From Kudoa neothunni (Eukaryota > Animalia > Cnidaria), in assembly GCA_964304625.1 (NCBI GenBank), contig OZ199838.1:854793-900608 (forward strand): a DNA stretch of 45,816 bases, given 5' to 3'. Shown here one piece after another: positions 1-12,690 of the stretch. The translations under genes were made by a program, and so were the position numbers. Below the pieces are notes generated by a model. That model did not search any database. It saw nothing but the letters and a program-made list of their open reading frames with translations, and was not told the origin of the DNA. Within the stretch, counting starts at the first letter, position 1; each line of letters begins with the position of its first letter.

Positions 1-13
1 ATGTGATCTTATT

Positions 14-790
14 GTGAGACACGCAATAAGTTTATTATTAATGTTAGTCCGTGTAAAATTGTTATATATCAATATTAAAAAATCTAAATAGTAATATTAA
101 ACAACTAATAGGTTAATAACAAAGAGAAAAACAATAAAATTCAATGTTTATAGAAAAAAAGATGGAGATTGTACGTGTATTCGACCGCGTTCGGATGAAA
201 AATTCTTACATTTTAGATGTTATTATTTTATTTTATTGTGGACAATATTGAAAAAAATAAATTCGAAAAACATTTGTAATGGGCGTTTTTAGGTGTTGCT
301 CTGGCGTATTCATATACAGTAATGGACTTGTCGTACGTACATTAGCTATTTTATATATTTAAAGGTTCTCTCGTATTTAAAATGATTTAAAAAATGATTC
401 AATCTTATTATTACTCATTTAAATAATTTATAAGTATAATTAGTACGAAAAAAGAATAATAAACGGTCCCGTGAGGATCGGTCATACGTATTTTTGCTTT
501 AACCATGTGATTAAATTAAGTGTTTTCTTTCTTTTTATACCACAGTTAAACTATTAATAAGTTTTTACAGTTACATCAATGTGGTAGATAGTAGAAAAAT
601 GACGAATAAACATAGACACATGTTATAGACACAGTAGTATGGTTTATAATTATGTCTTCTGTAATTCATTGAAATATCAATGGAGCAATGTCAGTCCCTC
701 CCAATAATTTAGAAGCGGATGATTATTTTATTTATTAAAATTTGAACTTATCAGAGATGGTCTTATTTTATTTGGAGGGGCTTGGTAACT
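14..790 (+). other. Putative micro-exon array (upstream part of the same gene)
   Basis: Regular alternation of AG acceptors and GT donors giving candidate exons of 8-59 nt (92-111, 154-170, 217-275, 320-336, 365-372, 444-470, 521-544) that can be joined in one open frame (NIKQLI EKKMEI MLLFYFIVDNIEKNKFEKH FNGLVV RSL YEKRIINGP CFLSFYTT). There is some freedom in site choice. Confidence 0.35.
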
Positions 791-969
791 ATTATAAACA
801 TTATCGTTTAAAAAAGGGCGATTTGAAGCCCGATTTTATTTCAGATGTTTATTTATTTTTACATCGTAATTTTAAACAACAAAGAATAATTGGCTTTTTA
901 TTAATCTTTAAATTATAGCTAGTTTCGTGTTTTGATAATTTTTGCGCGCTTGCGGAAAAAAATCATAGT

Positions 970-1192
970 ACATACTCTCCAGCCGAGACCTGTAGTGAGT
1001 AAAACTTCGCCATCCCCAATGGGATAACGTACGACCGATTCATTCTCGTATTAACCGTAGCGCGTAATCGTGCGCCAGCGCTGTGGTCCATAATCAAGTA
1101 ATAAGGTCCCACCACTTTTAGGTTTGAGGGTCATGGGTTCGACCCTCGTCCGCTACACCGCATACTTTACCACTATCCCCGCAAACGAGGCG
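970..1192 (+). ncRNA. GC-rich tRNA-like / SINE-like block
   Basis: GC-rich island in AT-rich DNA; B-box-like GGTTCGACC at 1136-1144; GTAGCG (1057) can pair with CGCTAC (1151-1156) like an acceptor stem; no clean cloverleaf. Confidence 0.3.
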
Positions 1193-1193
1193 C

Positions 1194-1985
1194 ATGAATG
1201 GTTTCGTTTGTGGTAATAAATATGAACAAAACTTCGTGCACTCATTACACGAACAAGCATTGTCAGGTACCAATCTTACTATACATCTAAAAAGTTGGTC
1301 ATACTATTCGAAATTGTGTAAAAAAGAAACTATTATTGATTCGACATTTTTCAATAATATGAAAATTAAACTCCTTGATTTTTTGGAATTATAATATTAA
1401 TGGTTGATGGGTATAAAAACCGTTAACCTGGGCACAATTGCCGGATATTCTTCTCATACAATATTTGATTATTTTCACCATCTTCGGCAGTTGGTAGCGG
1501 ATAGTTTAAATTTTTGAGGGCATAGTTATTAAAGGAAAAAATATAGTTGTAGAGCTCGACTAGTCCAAATTTGGAAAGTTGTAGCATAACTGAGGGCATG
1601 ACGTTAATGGAGCCTGTGTTCATGGAGGTATAGAATGGACATCAGAACGAAAGATGTTTTTGATAGAGGTTCCTGACAGAACTGCTCTGCTCGAACTCAT
1701 CCAAAAAATCAAAACTTACATGTATCCTGGCTTTATTATCGTAACTGATTGCTTCAGAAGTTATGGAACACTACATAATTTCTACACTCACATCATTGTG
1801 AATCACAGTATAGAATATGTGGATAATATCACAAGAGCTCATACAAACACCAATATAGATACCTGGAGTGCTAAAAAATATAAAATATCACCAAGGAACA
1901 GGAGATTTTCGGTTAATGAAGGTGGTTCTGTCAGTGCGGATGGTAAAAACGAATTTCTTGGTTAATTTCAATGGAGAAGGAAAAA
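1194..1985 (+). mobile_element. Merlin/ISXO2 (IS1595-like) DDE transposase remnant
   Basis: Fragments across frames: STFFNNMKIKLLDFL, VELD*SKFGK, HGGIE, FLIEVPDRTA, YPGFIIVTDCFRSY, HIIVNHSIEYVDNITRAHTNTNIDTW. These match DDE_Tnp_IS1595 motifs, with stops and frameshifts. Confidence 0.8.
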
Positions 1986-4039
1986 CAACCACAATTCATG
2001 AAATGGCTGTATACGCTAGTTAGAAAATTTTTAGTTTACTATCAATTAGATTTGTGTTTTATTGTGTTTTTCATAGTTGTATATTTCTGCCGCGTGAATT
2101 CTTTGTTAAATGTGAATTTAGGGGGTTTTATCATAGATCAGCACGTTATTAAATCAAGTAAGTGTTAGATGAGCACACAATATTAATGTGTATGTTTACT
2201 CGGCTTATTTCTATAATAAAGGCGTTTTTAGTCTTAATTATAGAATATAATTTAACTTTCGTTGTGATTATTAATTACTTTATTTATTGAATGGTATTCG
2301 GTCTATTAAATCGATATAATGATATTCTAATACTTATTTGATATTGATAATAAAGTTTTCAGAGAAGATTATTATTTATCTGTCTATGAGAAAGATGTTT
2401 TTATAAAGGCTATTAACTAACAGGTGACAAAATTATTCCTTTTGATTTCATAAAAATTTATATGGTAGTTAACTTGCCGTGTATAATATTTTAATTATAG
2501 GTAGTAGGGGTTCCTAATTTTCCTTGTTTAACCATATAATTATGTAATATGACAGACAAAAAGACCCATTTCATCCTAATTACTTGTTCTAAATGTTTTC
2601 AGTTTATGCTTCAATTTATTTTAGCCATTTTCTCCAAGTTCCTAATGTAAACATTAAGAATGCTCTAATTTTATATGTCTAGCCAAAATAACTTCAATTG
2701 GTAGTATAATTATATATTACTATAATTTTTTTGTTTTATTTATAGTAATAAACTTTTTCATATGCGAGATACAAGTAATCAACCTAAAAGTATGGTATTA
2801 AAATAAAAATCAAATAAATAGGATTACTGTGGTTAACTAATTAAGGACCGGTTTAGTGAGATAATTTTATAATTCGCTAAGCTGTGTATATTATGAAGAG
2901 TATATCGTTGGTTAGAATAGTATTCTTGGTTATATTATGTGTAATGCACTCTCTTGCCAGAAAATACCCCATCAAGAATGTTATTAATCGATTTAAATGA
3001 AAAGTTAATATTATTTTAGAAAACTTTGTACCTGTTTGATCGAGCAAACAATATGTGGGGTGTGTTTGTTAACAGTTTGGTTGGCGAAGATGGGGATGTA
3101 ACTCCAATCAGTACAACTGAAACTTTGTCACAAGTGAAATATTATTGTCCTGGAAGTAAAAAACTAAGTAAATGGTTAGTAAATAAATAAATATATTAGT
3201 TTTTGATAATTACAAATCGATACTGCATTTCACGATAGAATGTATTAACAACATTATTAACCACTCAAACCTAAACAAAGAAGAAAAGACAAAATTATCG
3301 GTGCAATTTTTTGGAACTCAATCATTTAATTATATTAGGTAAACTATAGATATAACTTTTATATTTAGATTGAAAAAATATCCAACCTTTTATAGACGCG
3401 ATATAAATATACACAGTAACTTGTGAGTCGTGCGCAAACATATTTTATATAATATATCTCGATAAAACAAGCATTAATCAGTAGCTAGAATATTTAATTT
3501 CTTCACCATCAACTATGTGACAATCATAACTAACTGACTCAATTTGAAGTAGGAAACATTAATTTATCAACAGTTTTTTTGCATTCTAAATGTCATATGC
3601 AACTAATTTTTTTCGTAACATCGAAGATTATGACTAGTACGAGAGTATTTTATTCGTAATTTTAAAGATTATGGCATTTTCTTCAACAGATGTTAAAATA
3701 TTTTTAACTATATATCAAAAATTGAGTTTATAAATTATTATCAAGAGCAATGAATAAATCAATTTTTAAATTTAAAATAATGAATGTGGTTGATTTAAAA
3801 AAATGATCTGTCTTGAATAATTTTATAATCATACTGACTAGTTGCTTTAACATTATAACGATTATTCTGTTCCAAATTAAGAATATCCCTCAAATGGATA
3901 AAATATAGATATTAATCAACAAATAGAAGAGTGGATTAAACTGATGAGAGCGACAACGATATAGGATTCTTTAAGACGTTTCTTAATCAAAACCTGTATC
4001 TGCTAGCAGCTACTTTGTTTGACTCTATATATAAAAAGA

Positions 4040-4125
4040 ATTATCATTGAACATAATATATTTTGGGTGAATCTTCAAATTTAGATCGTGTTGCATTAAA
4101 ATTATTCCAAATATTCAACTAAACA
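4040..4125 (+). mobile_element. Possible hAT C-terminal dimerization-domain remnant
   Basis: Frameshifted FWVN / NLDRVALKLFQIF resembles the hATC FW...L..LA.KLL.IP motif; short and degenerate. Confidence 0.25.
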
Positions 4126-4900
4126 AATATGCTAATTTGTCAAAATATAATTTAATTGTTGTTAGTGATAATTCATTATTTTATTTTTTTCATTTAGCGA
4201 TCGACTATTTCTCTGGTATCTCAACTGCGCAATAACCATGACTGGATTTAATATTTAATTTGGGGGAATTTTTAATGTAAAATATTCATGTAGTTAGTAA
4301 TACCATCTCTAAGCAATATCACTGCACCATTGGAATTTATTTATGTGCTTTATAATATAAAACTTAATCAATATAATAATAACAACATACAATTTAGCCA
4401 CAAATTAATTGAATTGGCGCTAATGGTAAATCACAAAAATTATTCCATGTAGATAACTCATCGTAGCGACACAATATAAATAATGAATTAATTTAGAAAA
4501 TTATATATTTCTTCAACTTTATATTTTAATTTGATTATATCATTAAATGGATGTATAATAAAATGGATAGTTAATTAAATAATAATATTTTATATTGGAA
4601 AAAATCACCTCAAATGAATAATCAAATTTAATTTTTTATAATAAAAATATGAAGAAATATAAAAAATTATAAAATTGCAGCTCTAATAGTCTTTATATTG
4701 TAGTTGACGCTGTCTGTTGTTTACAAATGGTTTTGCTTTATAAATCTCGCACAATACGTAAAGATAAAATCTTTTAAATTTTCATTAGACAACATTTTGT
4801 GCTTAGAAATATATCCTCTAGTGAATTCAATTTTTTTATTCTATTTGAGTCTTTTTTAAAAAGTATATTAGTTTTATATAGGATTAATTCGCCTTTTTAA

Positions 4901-6272
4901 CCTTCCAAGTATAAATGGAGTCTTTTGAACCACAGCCGACATTAATTATCAATTTTCTACCACATTGACTTTTGAGGAATTTTTGGCAGTCTGTCAACTC
5001 TTCTAAAATGCTCCGTAGTAGAATTACACTAATTAAAAAAATTTTTCATCACCTGGAAAAAAAGTTAACGCATAAACACCCTCCAAATAAAAACTAAAGT
5101 TTGGGGTCTTTTGGACCTCATAATTTTTTTTCATCTATTTATCCAATATATTGATTTAAATGTTTGTGAAAACTTTGAAAAAATTTTATCGAGTAAATAT
5201 ACTTTTATTGCATAAATATCATATCTTAATCTATATTGCGCATGCACCACAATTAATTTAAATTATGTGTTCAAGTGATCCTAATAGTGATTACTCCGAT
5301 ATCGAATTTTCATTTTCATTTTCAAATTCATTTTATGATTATTTATCGTTAGAAAAATTTTATATTTATACAGATATACAACTTAACTCGTTAATACACA
5401 AGAACGGGGTGTTACGGTCAATGAACCCCCGTCGTTAGCATATACAACAAGTGTTGTAAATATTATGAATAATCGCCATGGTGTCCCTCCGTATTTATCA
5501 CAAAATACAATTGATACTTTCGGAATAATGTTTAGTTCTATTATATACGTCATTATTTTAAAATATATTAGTGCATGGGTGGAAAAATTTTTGGTGATAA
5601 ATGGATCGAATTGGATGGGTTCATTAGCTGTTTATTTCTGATGGGATATCACAGGGATAATCGAGAATCGGTTAACGAGATATTTGGGCTAGAAGAAGCA
5701 TAGATATATCGTGATTTAGTTTCATTGCATAAATTTCTCCAAATAATACGAGTTTCACATTTTGATGGTATGGAAAATATTGAGGTAACAAAATAATCCG
5801 GAGATTATTGTCATGTTGGTGAACTACCGCATATTTAGTTAGATTTTTTACGCGTTGTTTCACCCCTAATCAACATTTCAAGCCTATATATGTTACCAGT
5901 TTTATGCAATAATCTATGCAATAGCCTTTGCCAGATTTATGATACTTTTGATCGCTTTAAGCGCAAATTAAATAAAGAATTAATTTTAATAAATGAGCCG
6001 AATTTTGAGTTATGTTTATGGAAAATATGCGATCTCAAAAATAATACATACACATACGCTGTGGTTAAAATATTTCTTTATCATTCGCACATGCGCACAC
6101 AATAAAACATGATGTCATTTATGAAATTACTGAATATATAATCGATCGAATATTTGGAAAACTGCTAAAAATACATATTATAATTTTTCCAAATATTTTA
6201 TCAAATAAAAACGTGGGGTCTTTAGGACCCTAATTAATTTGGAAGGAGTAAATTTTCAAGTGGCTTAGAAGA
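4901..6272 (+). mobile_element. piggyBac deletion derivative
   Basis: TTAA at 4897-4900 and 6273-6276; degenerate termini CCTTCCAAG / CTTAGAAGA; subterminal GGGGTC..GACC motifs near 4917, 5103 and 6215; transposase traces KWIELDGFISCLFLMG and SLHKFLQIIRVSHFD. Confidence 0.65.
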
Positions 6273-6605
6273 TTAATTGAATGAACTCTCAAATTAAAAA
6301 ATCAAAAGATAATTTTAAATCTCTCAGAAAAATAAAATTTTGATAAAAATGGAATGTGAAATTAAGCATGTTTTAATTATATATGATTATTTTTAGTGTC
6401 TAAAGTGTAGCTTTTGTTTATTATCCTTAAAATATATTGTATATCGAAAAATTACCTAAGACCGATTTATTATTGGATCCTTTGAAAATTCTAAAAGGTT
6501 TAAAATTTATAAAATTATCCAACGATAAAAAAGATTTATTACTAAGATTAAAAAATGTGAGAGGATTAATGACTATAAAGCATACAGTGCGTTTTTGCTT
6601 TTAGG

Positions 6606-7304
6606 CAGTGTTTCCCAACCTTTTTACTTTTCGCCATATTTTTCTTGAAAAAGTTCTGTAACTATCTGTAGCAAACGTATTGATATATAACATAAATTAT
6701 TTATAGAATTGAATAAAACTCCCTATCACATTAATATTAAAAGCACTTAATGTATATTTTTTTCTCAATTAAAATTAAAGTGTATTCAATAGATTCTTAT
6801 TTAACTTAACGATGGGTCATAAAAATTAACATCTTTAAGGATCTATTCCATCAATAACAGCGTTGAATGAAACTCAAGGTAATCCAATCTTCAATTTGGA
6901 AAGACTCTCATGTATATGGGGCTAATGAACGGAAAATAAATACTATAAATACCAAATTAATCAATATTATATTAGGCTTAATCAAAAAAAGATATAAACG
7001 ATTTTAAAAAACACTTGATTGAGGACTCAAACCATTCTAATTCTATTCGGATGAAGGACACTAAATATTATTAATAATTTTTATATAGTATCCATTGATG
7101 ATTGTAGTTTTTATAATGTAAATTGTCACATAAAATAAACCATATCTCAAATTTCGATATTAATTTTAATGTACGAAATAATGTCCAATTATCTCACTAT
7201 TATCCATGTAACATCAATATTTCAAGATATTCCACAGTTCAGTATACTTTCAAAAATATTCATTCCCCCAATATTTTTTCACGCCCCATCGGTGGGACAC
7301 ATTG
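6606..7304. mobile_element. Non-autonomous hAT (Charlie/Buster-like) element
   Basis: TIR CAGTGTTTCCCAACC / GGTGGGACACATTG; 8-bp TSD CTTTTAGG (6598-6605) vs CTTTAAGG (7305-7312). Confidence 0.65.
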
Positions 7305-9979
7305 CTTTAAGGGCATTATTACTTTTTTGTATGAAGTAGGAAATTACAATCTTAAATTAATATTATAAGAATCTCCACAATAAAATCACATTTTATACAT
7401 TTTAAGGATATTAAACGATTTAAAAATTAATTTATTCATGTATTTAATATATTACAATTCTATATATTATATAAATTAGTATCATTCATTACAAACAGGA
7501 ATTAAACATTTAATTAGAAGACAATAATATATTTAATAGTAATTATTTAAAAAAACCCAACAATAAGAAACCCATATGAAATTAGATAATCGGAATGTAA
7601 GACATTGAGGATTATGTTGGTTTACCTTTTTATATAAACCCTGAAGATAAACCTATTAATAACTATATCGTATATTAATATGTATTACATTTTATAAATA
7701 ATAAAATTTAAATAAAAACTGTTCGGTATACATTAAATATAATCTTTTTAGGGTCAAATTTTAAAACGAAACAGTCATGAAGTGAGCAACAAGCATTAGT
7801 TCATCATTATTTTATGATTTTATAGTTTAATATCATGAGTAATAATCCGGATATATTTCAAAAAAATATAATATTAAATTTAAGTGTATTGAATCAAACT
7901 ATAAGTTATTGGAAAAATAAAAGAAATGTGCAATATCTGTATGCGGCACGAGCGTTGTCTACTGTAGCTATATTATTTTTGCCAAACCAGTTATATTTTT
8001 TATTTTATTTATTTCAATACATAATATTAAATTGGTTGTATATATCATATTATATATGGAAATCCTGGAATTTAAAAATTCATAGAAACGTTAAATTATA
8101 TTTATTTATACTTTAATAAGAAATTTAATCTAAAACACATCTTTATAGCAATATTAATACGAAAAAGTTTTCTCATTATTGAAATAAAAAATATACTATC
8201 CAAAATAACACCACAAATATAAAATGAAGGTTAATTGGTATAAGGAATAAGTTGATTAAAATTGTGTTTTAATATATATTTTTTAACGCAAGATAATTTT
8301 ATTATTTGAATTATACCAGATGTAATTAACATAATGATTTATAATGCATAATTTCCTTTAAGTTTTCTATTGTTTAATATATATTAAATAATACTTATGA
8401 CAATTATTTTAGAAATAAAGACTTGCACTTTTTCGAAAATTTTGAATTGAGGTTTAAACATATATTTGTCAAAATTTATGTATCCAATAACCCATAAAAA
8501 CAAATTTATCTTTTTCAAACCACTGGAAATGGTATACCCAATGTTAGCATACTTGAATAATCATAAACTCTATCAGGTAATACACAAAAATAAATTATTA
8601 TTTAATAATATCTGAATATTTCTAGAAAAATCAAGACATTGGATTAATTTATATTCATTCCTTAAACTTTATTATGTTTTATTATACAAATGATGATTAT
8701 AACGAACCAAACGATTATATTGGCAACATTAGACGGTACCTAACAAGAAAGAAAAATTTATTGTTATCAATTTTCCTTGCACTGGTCCGTACTTTGCTGA
8801 ATTAATGATTATCAGGGAATATTATACCGTATGATTTGATTATTAAATTATTTTTTTACGATATATGATTATAATTTATAAAATGAATATCTCAAATATA
8901 AAATATTCATATTTATAATAAAAATAACATTTAATCCAAAATTAGAATAATTATCTAAGAAACTATTTAATTAATATTTTTGTTGTCTCTTATTCATCAT
9001 GACTAAAGATAATTATTAGTACTATTGTGTTTATTCAGAAATATGTTTTATTATTAATATATAAATATTTTTTAATAGACATAATATTATTTAGATGAGT
9101 TCGCTAAAGGGTACAAATATATACATAGATAATGTTTGTTCAAGAATTGGATTTCAAGATGAAACTCGAACCTGGATTGTTATTTATATGTGGTGTGTGA
9201 AGTTGGACAGATGTATTCTGGGAAAACGATATTAATTCGAAAAAAATTTGATTTTTACGAATGTTTAAATCTTTTAAAGAAAATTTTTAAAATCCCACCA
9301 AAAATAACGATTTTATATCTCTTGAGAAAAATTTTCTTAGATGGTGGAATATACCCAAAATTTTACCTTAAACCCAATCTGAAGACTTTATTGTATAATA
9401 ATCAATAATCACGGTTATGATGTATTAATTTACTTTTTAGTCTTACAGCATGTTCTTCAATAAAAGATTTCAGTTAAGGAAAAGGAAATCTGAATGATTT
9501 AAGGAAGGATGTTTGGTTAATATGTAAGAGACACACTTTTCACTAAAGTATAATTTTTTATGATTTTTTTGTAATTTTATAATGTATTTTAAATTTATAA
9601 ACATAAAAATTCACCTCTTAATCGTATTAATATTCTTAATTATACATTTAAGAATATAGAAATTCAATTATTGATTTTAATAATATTATTAATTTTACAA
9701 TTGATGATTATTTTGAACATTAAATCGAAATAGCAAAAAAATAAATCATAAGAATTGCAAAATTTTCGTTTTCTCAACTCTACTAATTATGATTTTAAAT
9801 TCATTTTTTAAGTCAAAAGGATTTACCTAAATATACGTAACTATGTGTCAGTTATAACTATTTTCAACAAAATTTGTTTAATGATGACTTTGTTATGACT
9901 AGATATTTATAAGGGTTGGGAAAAATCATATATCATTGTTTTTTGGGTTAAAATTAATAAATAGTGAATTTTTAATCCC

Positions 9980-10222
9980 AAATTAGGCGGGAGTCTGTTG
10001 CCATAATAAAATTTAATCCTAAATGGCATTCCCGCGTGAGTAATAAAGATATTTATTCTCAGCAACTCTTATTTACAAGCTGTTTACAGATTCAATTTTT
10101 CTGAACCTGCTATATTCAGTTATTTCTGTTCTTGATAGCCAAAAGGCTGGCAAGAAATAATTAAATATAATCATAGCTATCGTCACCCGAATTTTATTTA
10201 CCACACCACTAGCCACATCCTT
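9980..10222 (+). repeat. Unclassified interspersed repeat, copy 1 (homolog at 28325-28565)
   Basis: Colinear similarity by eye: AAAATTTAATCCTAA..TCTCAGCAACTC..TTTACAAG.TGTTTA.AGATT..TCACC.GAAT. Confidence 0.6.
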
Positions 10223-10445
10223 AGAATTATTCTATTTATGCAGAAATAAATTAATCCCAATATTCATCACATATTTAATATTATTTTAGTTTAAGTCAAT
10301 ATACTATGGTAAAATTAATTTAAAAATTATTTTTTCCCCTGTTTTGAAATGTGTATTTTACTTTTTGAGATTATGGTATCTTATATAAATAGGAATTATT
10401 TTCAAATACAAAATTTCAAACTTAATTGTAGGATATTCAAGTTAA

Positions 10446-10694
10446 CCCTTAAAGGATAACCTTCAGTTCGATGCGCCCATCTTTATATTATTTTGTTTAT
10501 AAATTTCGTTGTTATGCATGTTATATTTTGTGTATATTCGTCAGAATTTGATCTACATTTTTAAAAAAGCATTATCTACCGACCGTCATAATAAAATAAG
10601 TTAATGGTCTAGCAAATTACACAAATTATAAACAGGTTTTACAACAAAATAATAGGGAGGTGGACGCGCGAATCCAATGGTTAGCCGTTAAGGG
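10446..10694. mobile_element. piggyBac-type MITE (249 bp)
   Basis: TTAA on both sides (10442-10445, 10695-10698); TIR CCCTTAAAGGATAACC vs reverse complement CCCTTAACGGCTAACC (14/16). Confidence 0.8.
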
Positions 10695-10905
10695 TTAATA
10701 ATTTTTGTTTAATATTACGTTGCATTGATATATGTTACTTAACATTGTTATTATATGGTTGTGTCTAGTGAATAAATTTGTTATGATACGGAAAATGATT
10801 ATAATCACATATATATATCTTTGAATAAACTGAGAACTATTGTATTTGGTAATCATTCTTGTTATCCTCCAAAAATTCTGAAGTTGGAAGTTGGATTTGG
10901 ATTAA

Positions 10906-12690
10906 CCTTCTAAATAACTCGGGGTCTTTTGGACCCCAAAGTAGTTTTAAATTAATTATACAATGGCAAACCGATAATACGTAATTCCCTCAGCACCCAT
11001 TGAAAGAAATATGGATTAAACGTTGCCGCCAATATTACGCACTTAAATGCACACGCAGTTATTATTTTGTTGTGTTTCTTTATTTTTCAGTGTGGTCATT
11101 ATACTTTTTATTTAATTAGAATAACAAACAACATTATCAAAATTATTTTGGCGAGAAATAATCCGCAATTTTTGTTTTTAATCAGATTTATTGATAAAAT
11201 TATTTATATCCTTTTACATTGGAATAAAATTTAGTGAATGGTCAGTTCTATCAAATTATAAATACTATATTTATTTCTAATTCATTTTATAGACGCAATA
11301 TGAACATTTTTTTAATATTTTCACCCTAAAATCTTTATTTATTTGCGTCTTTAACATCCTTTAATTGGCATCTAACATAGCCTTGAAATAAAATTTATTC
11401 TATTTTCATTCGAATGGAAATGATCATTTTTCGATCGATGTCTCAAAAGGAGTTTTCTGTTCTATCAAACATTCAACCATCAGAGTTACAATTTATTCAT
11501 CGTTTCCAATAAAATCAATTTTACCTTCTCGGTCCGAAGTGGGGTCATTTGTGACCTCACATGAACTATTTTGCTTTTAACTCCAAGAATCCTAATCTCA
11601 TTAATGAATACATTTAGACATACCTAGATGGAACTATGTTTTATAATTGAATTAATGTTTATTCCTTTTAAGCATTTAATAATATAGCTATGCCACATAT
11701 TTTATGTGGAAAAATTATTTTTTGCATTATTTTTAAACAAAAAAAGTATGATCGTATCAATTTTTATTTATGCTCTTAAGGAATGGAATTAGATTTTGAT
11801 CAACATATTTACATAACTCATAAAAATGCAGTTTTTTTCTAGCTAAGCTGTAATGAGATTAATATTCCTTCTGTGTTAGTGAAACGTAATTTTCTTAATT
11901 TGTTTATATTATCTTGTCTTTTAAAAATAATATTTACTTATTACCTAACAATATGATCTCGAATAATACATACAACACTATCGAATAGCGTATACAAAAT
12001 AATCTTATCTCAAATTCCGGTGATGATTCTGATTATAAAATATCAGAATCTGAAAATTTTCTATAAAGATGATTTTGATTCTTGAAGTAAAAAATATCTT
12101 AACTGATGTTTTCATTTCCCAAGGACCAAGGGTGAGAAGCCCACATTCTCTTGTTCTAATTGCGGTGAATTTTTTTTCTCAAATCATGTTAAATAAAAAT
12201 AAGTTATCTCATGTAACATGTGTCTCGAATAGTTTTCTCATATAAATTTATTATTATTTTTAATGTTAAATTTTTTTGTTGTAGAATTTATATTAGTTTA
12301 TACTATTTCAATTAAAAAAACATCAATTTTTCTTCTAAATTCTAAAAAAAGGGGATAGAGTCGATGACGGATGGTTCGTACTTTCGAAAATATGTAAAAA
12401 TTTGAAATTTGAAAGAAAATGAATTATTAACTTTAAACTCAAAATACACATTAGAATAAAAAAATTAAGTTGAAAAAATATTAGAAATCTAATAATTAAA
12501 TTGTTGTAAGTTTCCCTTATTTTTATAGATTGACGTGTGGTTCATAATTATTCGGGTGAATATAAACTCAGACTTAGGTTGTGCTAACTTTTGATTGGAG
12601 GTAAAACTTCAAAATAATGTTAGACCTACTTCTAAAAAATAAAAATATAATTAATTATTTCGACAGCCAGTCAAAAGCAAAGGTTAAAAT
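10906..12690 (+). mobile_element. Cluster of piggyBac deletion derivatives (boundaries uncertain)
   Basis: TTAA-CCTTCT start with GGGGTCTTTTGGACCCC at 10921; second similar start near 11525; cysteine-rich C-terminal remnant KPTFSCSNCGEFFFSNH..SCNMCLE near 12137-12232. Confidence 0.45.

Noticed and set aside
1423-1623. Minus-strand 66-aa ORF
   Set aside because: Antisense shadow of the Merlin remnant.
7835-8116. 93-aa hydrophobic ORF
   Set aside because: Composition typical of AT-rich noncoding DNA; no motif recognised.
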